Shown here piece after piece: positions 25,004 through 32,027 of a stretch of DNA of 64,000 nt. The stretch spans positions 643 through 64,642 of the forward strand of contig DATNGG010000167.1 of assembly GCA_035605975.1 (NCBI GenBank), given 5' to 3'. The stretch's first letter is position 1. Each line of letters opens with the position of its first letter. Source of the stretch: Stellaceae bacterium. GTDB lineage: Bacteria; Pseudomonadota; Alphaproteobacteria; ATCC43930; CGMCC-115725. Position numbers and translations under genes: made by a program. The notes beneath the pieces were generated by a model that did no database searches, was not told the DNA's origin, and worked only from the letters and a program-made list of their open reading frames with translations.

Positions 25004-27412
25004 GTGACGCCGCCCGATGGGAATCGCGCCGCGCCGCGGCCGGCCCGGGCACCGCGCGTGCGCGGGCGCCTCTTCCGCAAATATGTCGTGCTGTTCGCCG
25101 CGGTGGTCTCGATCGTCCTTCTCGCCAACGGCTTGCTCGAGATCTGGTTCTCATACCAGGACCACGAGGCCTCGCTCATCCGCTTGCAGCAGGAGCAGGC
25201 GGAATCGGCCGCGGCCAAGCTCGGCGAATTCGTCACCGAGATCGAAAGCCAGGTCGGCTGGACGACGCAATTGTCGTGGTCGGCGAACAGCCTCGAGCAG
25301 CGCCGCTTCGACGCGCTGCGGCTGCTGCGGCAGGTTCCGGCGGTCACGGAGCTGGCTTTGCTCGATTCGGCCGGCAAGGAAAGGCTGCGCGTCTCGCGCA
25401 TCGCCATGGACGTCGTCGGCAGCGAGCGCGACTTTTCGCAGACGCCCGAATTCACCGAGGCCGTTGCGCACAAAATCTATATCAGCCCGGTCCATTTCCT
25501 GCGCGAGTCCGAGCCCTATATCACCCTGGCGCTCGCCGGAACGCGGCGCGAGAACGGCGTCAGCGTCGCCGAGGTCAATCTCAAATTGATGTGGGACGTG
25601 GTCTCGCACATCAAGGTCGGCACGCACGGCGTCGCCTATGTCGTCGATCGGCAAGGCCGGCTGATCGCGCATCCCGATATCAGCCTCGTTCTGCGCAACA
25701 CCGACATGTCGCGCCTCGCGCAATTTCGCGCGGCGCGCGACGCAACCGACAACAGCAGCGCTGACGCCGTCCAGATCGCGGATGACATCCACGGTCGCCG
25801 CGTGCTGACCGCCTACGCCGTCGCCGCCCCCATGGGTTGGCTCGTCTTCGTCGAGCTTCCGGTCGCCGAGGCCTATGGCCCGCTCTACACCGCGATCCTT
25901 CGCTCGATCCTTCTCCTGTCGGCGGCTCTCGTCCTTGCCGGCCTCGCCGGATTTTTCCTTGCCCGCCGGATGGTCGGGCCGATCCTCGCCTTGCGGGCCG
26001 GCGCCTTGCGCATCGGCAGCGGCGACTTCGCCCAGCGCATTGCGATCAAGACGGGCGACGAGCTCGAAGTGCTCGCCGACCAGTTCAACGACATGGGCAG
26101 CCGGCTCCAGCAGTCCTATGCCGATCTCGAGAAAAAGGTCGAGCTGCGCACCCGCGAGCTGGCGCAGTCGGTCGAGGAGCTCCGTGCCTTGGGCGAGGTC
26201 AGCCAAGCCGTCAACTCGACGCTCGATGTGTCCTCGGTCCTCGCGACCATCGTTGCGAAAGCCGTCCAGCTTTCCGAGACGGATGCCGGCGCGATTTATG
26301 TCTTCGACGAGCCTCGCCAGGAATTCGCGCTGCGCGCGACGCATGGCATGTCCGACGATCTCATCGACGCCATCACCCGCCATCAGGCGGAGCTCGGCGA
26401 CACCACCATCGGCGAAGCCGCCCAAACCGGCAAGCCGACCCAGATTCCCGATCTCCTCGAAACGCCGCATCTCCCGCTCCAACAGCTCGTCCTCCAGGCG
26501 GGCTTCCGGGCGCTGTTGGTGGTGCCTCTCCTTCGCGGCAATCGTATCATCGGCGCGCTTGTCGTCCGGCGCCGCGCACCCGGCTCCTTTCCCTCGGCCA
26601 TTGTCGAGTTGCTCGAGACCTTTGCGGCGCAATCGGCGCTCGCCATCCACAATGCCAGCCTCTTCACCGAGATCGACGAGAAGAGCCGCGAGCTCGAAGT
26701 CGCGAGCCAGCACAAATCGCAGTTCCTCGCTAATGTCAGCCATGAGCTGCGCACGCCGCTCAACGCCATCCTTGGCTATACCGAACTGGTGCTCGACGAC
26801 ATCTATGGCCAGGTGCCGAATAAGATCCGCGAGGTACTGAAACGCGTGCAGACGAACGGCCAGCATCTGCTGGGGCTGATCAACGACGTGCTCGATCTCT
26901 CGAAGATCGAAGCGGGGCAGATGGCGCTCTCGGTTACGGCATATTCGCTCGACGACATTCTTCACGGCGTCGTCGCGTCGCTCGAGCCGCTCGCCGCCGA
27001 AAAGCGGCTGAAGCTCGCGCTCGATCTCGCGCCTGGCCTGCCGATCGGCCATGGCGATGCCCGGCGCATCGCGCAGGTCCTGCTCAATCTCGTCGGCAAC
27101 GCCATCAAATTCACCGATCGCGGCGAGGTTGGGGTGGCGGCCATGGCCGAAAATGGGCGCTTCCGCATCGCGGTGCGCGACACCGGTCCGGGGATCCCGC
27201 CCGCCGAGCAGAAAAGGGTGTTCGACGAATTTCACCAGGTCGACAATTCCACCACCAAAGCCAAAGGCGGAACGGGTCTTGGCCTCGCCATCGCCAAGCA
27301 GATCATCGACCTGCATGGCGGCAAAATCTGGCTCGACTCGAAGCCCGGCCAAGGCTCGACCTTCACGATCAGCCTTCCGGTCGTGGTGGAACGGCAGATG
27401 GAGCGCGTATGA
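25004..27412 (+). CDS. Sensor histidine kinase (TM - Cache-like - TM - HAMP - GAF - HisKA - HATPase_c)
   Basis: 802 aa. HAMP: ARRMVGPILALRAGALRIGSGDFAQRI. GAF: ALGEVSQAVNSTLDVSSVL... H-box: FLANVSHELRTPLNAILGY. N and G boxes: LLNLVGNAIKFT, DTGPGI, GTGLGLAIAK. Confidence 0.9.
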   Translation: MTPPDGNRAAPRPARAPRVRGRLFRKYVVLFAAVVSIVLLANGLLEIWFSYQDHEASLIRLQQEQAESAAAKLGEFVTEIESQVGWTTQLSWSANSLEQRRFDALRLLRQVPAVTELALLDSAGKERLRVSRIAMDVVGSERDFSQTPEFTEAVAHKIYISPVHFLRESEPYITLALAGTRRENGVSVAEVNLKLMWDVVSHIKVGTHGVAYVVDRQGRLIAHPDISLVLRNTDMSRLAQFRAARDATDNSSADAVQIADDIHGRRVLTAYAVAAPMGWLVFVELPVAEAYGPLYTAILRSILLLSAALVLAGLAGFFLARRMVGPILALRAGALRIGSGDFAQRIAIKTGDELEVLADQFNDMGSRLQQSYADLEKKVELRTRELAQSVEELRALGEVSQAVNSTLDVSSVLATIVAKAVQLSETDAGAIYVFDEPRQEFALRATHGMSDDLIDAITRHQAELGDTTIGEAAQTGKPTQIPDLLETPHLPLQQLVLQAGFRALLVVPLLRGNRIIGALVVRRRAPGSFPSAIVELLETFAAQSALAIHNASLFTEIDEKSRELEVASQHKSQFLANVSHELRTPLNAILGYTELVLDDIYGQVPNKIREVLKRVQTNGQHLLGLINDVLDLSKIEAGQMALSVTAYSLDDILHGVVASLEPLAAEKRLKLALDLAPGLPIGHGDARRIAQVLLNLVGNAIKFTDRGEVGVAAMAENGRFRIAVRDTGPGIPPAEQKRVFDEFHQVDNSTTKAKGGTGLGLAIAKQIIDLHGGKIWLDSKPGQGSTFTISLPVVVERQMERV

Positions 27413-27771
27413 CAAAGCGCGTACTCGTGGTCGAGGACCACGAAGACAACCGGCAAATCCTGCGCGACCTTTTGGGCAGCGCCGGATTCGAGATCATCGA
27501 GGCCGAAAACGGCGAAGAGGCGGTGACGCTCGCCGAGACCGGCCGGCCCGACGTCATTCTGATGGATATTCAACTGCCGGTTCTCGATGGCTATGAGGCG
27601 ACGCGGCGCATCAAGGCCAATCCCCGCTCGCGCTCGATCCCAGTGATCGTCGTGACCTCCTATGCGCTGAGCGGCGACGAGGAGAAGGCCCGGCTCGCGG
27701 GATGCGATGATTACGTCTCGAAGCCCTTCAGCCCGCGCGACTTGCTGGCCAAGATCAGGCGTTATGTGTGA
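27409..27771 (+). CDS. Single-domain response regulator (CheY-like receiver)
   Basis: VLVVEDHEDNRQIL..PDVILMDIQLPVLDG..SIPVIVVTSYA..DDYVSKPF. ATGA overlap with the kinase stop. Confidence 0.9.
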   Translation: MTKRVLVVEDHEDNRQILRDLLGSAGFEIIEAENGEEAVTLAETGRPDVILMDIQLPVLDGYEATRRIKANPRSRSIPVIVVTSYALSGDEEKARLAGCDDYVSKPFSPRDLLAKIRRYV

Positions 27772-27789
27772 GGGAGCGACCGGAACGCG

Positions 27790-28902
27790 ATGCAGGATCC
27801 GCCGCGCATATTGATCGTCGACGACAACGAGGCCAACCGCGACATCGTCAAGACGCGTCTCGCGGTGAACGGCTACGAATTTCTCGAGGCCGCGGATGGC
27901 GAGCAGGCGCTCGATGCGGCACGGCGCTTTGCGCCGGACCTGATCCTGCTCGATGTGATGATGCCGAAGATCGACGGCATCGAGGTCTGCCGCCGGCTGA
28001 GGGCCGAGGCGGGTGCGCCGTTCGTTCCGATCATCCTGGTGACGGCGCGCACCGACAGCCGCGACGTGGTGGCGGGGCTCGAAGCCGGGGCGGATGAGTA
28101 TCTAACCAAGCCTGTGGACCAGATCGCGCTGGTGGCCCGCGTCAAATCGATGCTGCGCCTCAAAGAGCTGCATGACCGCGTCACCGCTCATGCGCGCGAC
28201 CTCGCGGACTGGAACCGGGCCTTGGAGCAGCGTGTCGCCGATCAGGTCGGCGAGATCGAACGCATCGGCCAGCTGAAGCGGTTTCTCTCGCCGCAGATCG
28301 CGGAGATGATCGTCTCGACTGGCAATGAGAAAATCCTCGAAAGCCATCGCCGCGAGATCACCGTCGTCGTCTGCGACCTGCGCGGCTTCACCGCCTTCTC
28401 CGACACGGCCGAGCCCGAAGACGTCATGACGCTGCTGCGCGAATACCAGGCAACGCTCGGCCGGCTCATCGATAAATACGAGGGAACCCTCGAGCGGTTC
28501 ACGGGCGACGGGCTCCTCGTCTGGTTCAACGATCCCGTCCCCTGCCTCGATCCTTGCAGCCGCGCCGCGCGCATGGCGATCGACATGCGGGATTCGGTCT
28601 CGCGCATGACGGCGAAATGGCGCGACCTCGACCACAATCTCGGATTTGCGATCGGGATCGCCCATGGCTACGCGACGCTTGGCCGGATCGGCTTCGAGCG
28701 GCGCTTCGACTATGCCGCCGTCGGGGTGGTCGTCAACCTCGCGGCGCGGCTTTGCGCCGAGGCGAGCGACACGCAAATCTTCATCGACAGCAAGGTCTTT
28801 GCCGCGATTTCGGCGCAGGCAACGGCGGAGCCGGTCGGCGAGCTGGCGCTGAAAGGTTTCAACCGCCCGGTGAAGGCTTATAATCTTCTGGCGGCGCGAT
28901 GA
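27790..28902 (+). CDS. Response regulator receiver fused to a class III adenylate/guanylate cyclase
   Basis: Receiver: ILIVDDNEANR..DLILLDVMMPKIDG..DEYLTKP. Coiled linker. Cyclase: ITVVVCDLRGFTAFSD...ERFTGDGLLVWFNDP...IGIAHGYATLGRIG. Confidence 0.9.
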   Translation: MQDPPRILIVDDNEANRDIVKTRLAVNGYEFLEAADGEQALDAARRFAPDLILLDVMMPKIDGIEVCRRLRAEAGAPFVPIILVTARTDSRDVVAGLEAGADEYLTKPVDQIALVARVKSMLRLKELHDRVTAHARDLADWNRALEQRVADQVGEIERIGQLKRFLSPQIAEMIVSTGNEKILESHRREITVVVCDLRGFTAFSDTAEPEDVMTLLREYQATLGRLIDKYEGTLERFTGDGLLVWFNDPVPCLDPCSRAARMAIDMRDSVSRMTAKWRDLDHNLGFAIGIAHGYATLGRIGFERRFDYAAVGVVVNLAARLCAEASDTQIFIDSKVFAAISAQATAEPVGELALKGFNRPVKAYNLLAAR

Positions 28903-29618
28903 TGTCGGAAGAAAGGCGGCGCGCTGTGGCAGCCGATGCGATCTCGCAGGATTTAGTCCGGCATTTGGGCAAATGCCTGTTGTTCCGCGCGCTCGACGAT
29001 GCGGCGCGCGAAGAGCTTGCCTCGCGCGTGCACCACCGCCAGTTCAAATCGGGCGAGCCGATCTTCCATGTCGGCGCTCCCGGCCAAAGCATGATGGTGA
29101 TCCTCAAAGGCACAGTCAGAGTGTCGCTCCCCGGCCCCACCGGCAAGACCGTCATCCTCGCCGATCTCACCACCGGCGACATTCTCGGCGAGGTCGCTCT
29201 GCTCGATGGCGGGGGCCGCTCCGCCGATGCGACGGCGCTGACCAATTGCACGGTGGCAACGCTCGAGCGGCGCGAGGTTCTGCCGCTGATCGAGAAGCGG
29301 CCGGAAGTCTGCCTGAAGCTGCTCGAGCTGATGTGCGCGAGGCTGCGAAAATCGGACGAGCGCATGGCGGAGATCGCGTTCTTCGAGCTGCCGGCGCGGT
29401 TGGCGAAAGTCCTGCTCGAGCGGATCGGCCAAGCCGGCGGCAGCGCACCGAAATTGTCGCTATCGCAGAGCGAGCTCGCGAGCATGATCAATGCGAGCCG
29501 AGAGAACGTCAATCGCTGTCTCAAGGATTGGCAGCGCCGCGGCCTGGTGAGCCTCGACGAGCGCTGGATCAGCATCCTGCAGCGCGACGCCCTCGGCGAT
29601 ATCGCAAGCCGCCTTTGA
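28899..29618 (+). CDS. Crp/Fnr-family cyclic-nucleotide-binding transcriptional regulator
   Basis: cNMP-binding domain (FKSGEPIFHVGAPGQSMMVILKGTVRV..GDILGEVALLDGGGRSADATA) plus C-terminal HTH (LSQSELASMINASRENVNRCLKDW). ATGA overlap with the cyclase stop. Confidence 0.9.
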   Translation: MMSEERRRAVAADAISQDLVRHLGKCLLFRALDDAAREELASRVHHRQFKSGEPIFHVGAPGQSMMVILKGTVRVSLPGPTGKTVILADLTTGDILGEVALLDGGGRSADATALTNCTVATLERREVLPLIEKRPEVCLKLLELMCARLRKSDERMAEIAFFELPARLAKVLLERIGQAGGSAPKLSLSQSELASMINASRENVNRCLKDWQRRGLVSLDERWISILQRDALGDIASRL

Positions 29619-29849
29619 CTGCTTCGGCTGCCGCGCCCCGCGGGGCTGGCCCCGTCACGCTAAACGAAAATGTTGCCGCGCACGATCATTCATAATGATT
29701 ATTGTCTCGTTTTTCGCGTCACGGTATAGTCAAACGAAATCAAAGTACGGATTGCGGACGCAGACAAAATCTTCGCCGTAAAGCCGTGGGTGGCACAAGC
29801 GTCAGATCAAGTGGCATGAACGTGTTGCCAGCGAGGGCTGGTTCTGCGA

Positions 29850-30764
29850 ATGCGTTTGCAACGGCTTTGTTCGCCTTTGCGGCTTGCCATCCCTGCCTCG
29901 GCGCGGATGCGGTGGTTGGCGCGCGCGCGCAGCGACAAACACCGCGCCACTCCTGAGATCACGATCCGCTTCGACTTCCAAGGAACCAGCGAGCAGAGCT
30001 TATCGGCGGGCGAGCGCGCATCCTTCTGCGCCGCATTTCGCCGCGAACTGACAAGTCTCCGAACGTGGCTGGCTAACTGGCAAGACCCGCCGGACGAGTT
30101 GTCCGTTCCCACACTGCAGGTGCTGGTCTCGGATGGCTACAAAATTTCGCGGGCGCTGGTGCCGGCCTGGGAGCGCCGCAGCGGCGTGCTGGAATTCCCG
30201 ACCTCGCGGGTGGTGAGCGGCAAGGCGGCGATCCTCCATGAGCTGACACATGTCTACCTGCCGAACGGCAACCGGTTTCTTGCGGAAGGTCTCGCGACTT
30301 ACCTTCAAGCGCGTCTCGGGGGCAATCCCGCCTTTCCCGATTTCGGCCGGCCGTTGCACGGCTTGGCGCGCGACGGTCTGCTCGAAATCGCTTCGGGGAA
30401 AGCGGAGACTTTCGCGAGCGTCGGGCTCGGCGAGCTCGATGCAACGCCGACGCCCAATCCCTTGACGCTCGCCGCGGCGGGGCGGCGCTATCGACGGCAA
30501 GCCGATATCCAGGCGGCCATCTATGCGATCGTCGGCTCCTTCGTCGAATTCCTCATCGCAGCGCAAGGGCTCGAGCGGTTTCAGCGACTCTATCGCGCAA
30601 CGCCGCTGACGCCGGGACGGCTCGAAGCCGGCGCGACCGAACGATGGTCCGAAATTTACGGCCGCAGCCTCGCCGATCTCGAAGCCGACTGGAAATCGCT
30701 GATCGTCGGCGAGCATCGGCACGGCGGACCGAACGCACAAGCGCGGGCCCGTCGGCTCGCGTAG
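29850..30764 (+). CDS. Peptidase MA-like zinc metallohydrolase (HEXXH..E); N-terminus uncertain
   Basis: AAILHELTHVYLPNGNRFLAEGLATYLQ matches the Peptidase_MA_2-type motif HExxH...(W/F)LxEGLAxY. An out-of-frame ORF (ATG 29816) encodes a lipoprotein-like signal; see finding. Confidence 0.6.
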   Translation: MRLQRLCSPLRLAIPASARMRWLARARSDKHRATPEITIRFDFQGTSEQSLSAGERASFCAAFRRELTSLRTWLANWQDPPDELSVPTLQVLVSDGYKISRALVPAWERRSGVLEFPTSRVVSGKAAILHELTHVYLPNGNRFLAEGLATYLQARLGGNPAFPDFGRPLHGLARDGLLEIASGKAETFASVGLGELDATPTPNPLTLAAAGRRYRRQADIQAAIYAIVGSFVEFLIAAQGLERFQRLYRATPLTPGRLEAGATERWSEIYGRSLADLEADWKSLIVGEHRHGGPNAQARARRLA

Positions 30765-30787
30765 AAACCCGAACGAGGAGGACGACA

Positions 30788-31105
30788 ATGCCGGAAATCA
30801 ACCCGAAGCTCAGCCGCGCGGCGGTGAAACGCTCGGCTCGCAAGACAGCGGCGGGCAAGGGCCGCGTGCCGCTTCCCGGCGTCAAGACCGACGCCAAGCA
30901 CGTCGACGCTTCCGACAAATGCGCTTATGCGGAAAACCGCGAACTGGCGCGGCTGATCGAGAAGGCGATGCGCACCGTCAAGAAGCACGACAAGAACGGT
31001 CAGCACTTCGTCCTCGGCTGGCGGCTCTATCCCAATCGCGATCATCCGCGGTGGAAGAACAAGGATGTTCATTCCTGCGGATGCGGCTGCGGCTGCGGCT
31101 CCTAG
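30788..31105 (+). CDS. Candidate RiPP precursor peptide, 105 aa, C-terminal (Cys-Gly)4-Ser
   Basis: GAGGAGGA SD 6 nt upstream of ATG 30788. Translation: MPEINPKLSRAAVKRSARKTAAGKGRVPLPGVKTDAKHVDASDKCAYAENRELARLIEKAMRTVKKHDKNGQHFVLGWRLYPNRDHPRWKNKDVHSCGCGCGCGS*. GC-rich third positions. Sits directly upstream of a DUF692 operon. Confidence 0.6.
   Translation: MPEINPKLSRAAVKRSARKTAAGKGRVPLPGVKTDAKHVDASDKCAYAENRELARLIEKAMRTVKKHDKNGQHFVLGWRLYPNRDHPRWKNKDVHSCGCGCGCGS
31076..31099 (+). repeat. Coding hexanucleotide tandem repeat TGCGG(A/C) x4
   Basis: tgcgga tgcggc tgcggc tgcggc, encoding CGCGCGCG at the 3' end of the precursor ORF. Confidence 0.95.
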
Positions 31106-31172
31106 ACCGCGCCGCGCCGTGAACTGAGTACGAGAGAAAAGAGCGAAGCACCGTTCGAAGGGGAGGTCCCAG

Positions 31173-32027
31173 ATGCCAGCATCGCCGACGCAGGGCATTG
31201 GCGTGTTGTCGAGTATTTCCTTCAGCGGAACGAGGCTGGCAGATGCCTTCCTCAAAGGGCTCGGCCGCGAGGTCTATCTCAATGTGAAAGACAATCGCGG
31301 CTACGACGCGAAATCGCTGAACGAGGCTCTGCAAGCGCTGAACAACGACATCAAGATCGGCTTGATCGTGACGGCCGGCGGCCTGGTGGTGGCGCAGGAA
31401 GCGGGGAAGGATACGGGCGCGACCCTGCCCTTCATCTCGCTGGTTGGCGGCACGCCCGGCCCCTTCCCAAGCCGCGGCCAGGGATATTTTCGCGGCGGCG
31501 TGAGCCTCGAATCCTTTGCCGAAAATCCGCACCGGCTCGCTCACCTCGCCGGTCTCGGCATTCCCGAAAGCAAAACCTGCCTCCTCTCCAATCCCAATTC
31601 CTCGATGGCCGCCGCCGAAACCGCAGCATGGACGGCAGGCAAGCGCGGCCCGGTGATCAAGGCGGGAAGCGTCAGCAAGGGCAGCGCCAACAGTGCCGCG
31701 ACCTATCGGCCGGCTTTTGCCGAGATCGAGAAAGCCGGAATGATGGCCGTCGTCGTCAGCGCCGATCCCTTCTTCCAGGAAACCATGGAAGAGCTGATCG
31801 ACGCGGCTAATCGCTGGATCGCGCAGGGCAAGGGCCGGCGGATCAGCTATCCCTTGCACGAATATGAAAATCCCGCCGGGAAGTGCAAGCCCGCGCCCGG
31901 TTACACACTGCACGGCCCGGTTCTCGAAGAGGCCTATGAGGCGTTGGGCCGGATGGCGGCCGATTTCCTCGCCGATCAGCCCATTCGGCTGCAAACCCTC
32001 GGGCTCAGCGCGCCGCGCGATCGATGA
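31173..32027 (+). CDS. Signal-less (cytoplasmic) PF04392/ABC_sub_bind-like protein
   Basis: GGGGAGG SD 6 nt before the ATG. Alignable by eye with the secreted SBP at 35700: LIVTAGGLVVAQEAGKDTGATLPFISLVG vs LIAATGGVVSAKAALKATTSIPVVFVVG; VVVSADPFF vs LIVSADPYF; YPLHEY vs YPLRQY; HGPVLEEAYEALGRMAADFL vs YGPNLEHAYRDAGIYAGRIL. No N-terminal hydrophobic signal. Confidence 0.65.
   Translation: MPASPTQGIGVLSSISFSGTRLADAFLKGLGREVYLNVKDNRGYDAKSLNEALQALNNDIKIGLIVTAGGLVVAQEAGKDTGATLPFISLVGGTPGPFPSRGQGYFRGGVSLESFAENPHRLAHLAGLGIPESKTCLLSNPNSSMAAAETAAWTAGKRGPVIKAGSVSKGSANSAATYRPAFAEIEKAGMMAVVVSADPFFQETMEELIDAANRWIAQGKGRRISYPLHEYENPAGKCKPAPGYTLHGPVLEEAYEALGRMAADFLADQPIRLQTLGLSAPRDR

Noticed and set aside
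25151-27415. 754-aa minus-strand ORF. Similar giant ORFs occur at 46886-48817 (-), 38739-40349 (-), 33277-34728 (-), 35523-36803 (-), 42809-43924 (-), 30978-32063 (-) and 56951-58483 (-).
   Set aside because: Each lies antisense to, or out of frame with, a gene that has clear family motifs. The translations are Arg/Gly/Asp/Ala-rich with no recognisable motifs. Open antisense frames like these are expected from high GC3 in the true frame.
29629-29650. GC-rich palindrome (GCCCCGCGGGGC / GGGGCTGGCCCC) after the Crp gene, considered as an intrinsic terminator.
   Set aside because: The stems are short with almost no loop, and no T-tract follows. It cannot be supported as a terminator from sequence alone.
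31076-31099. TGCGGC tandem repeat considered as a CRISPR-like or non-coding microsatellite.
   Set aside because: The units are 6 nt with no spacers. The repeat is in frame and forms the Cys-Gly tail of an SD-preceded ORF, so it is treated as coding.
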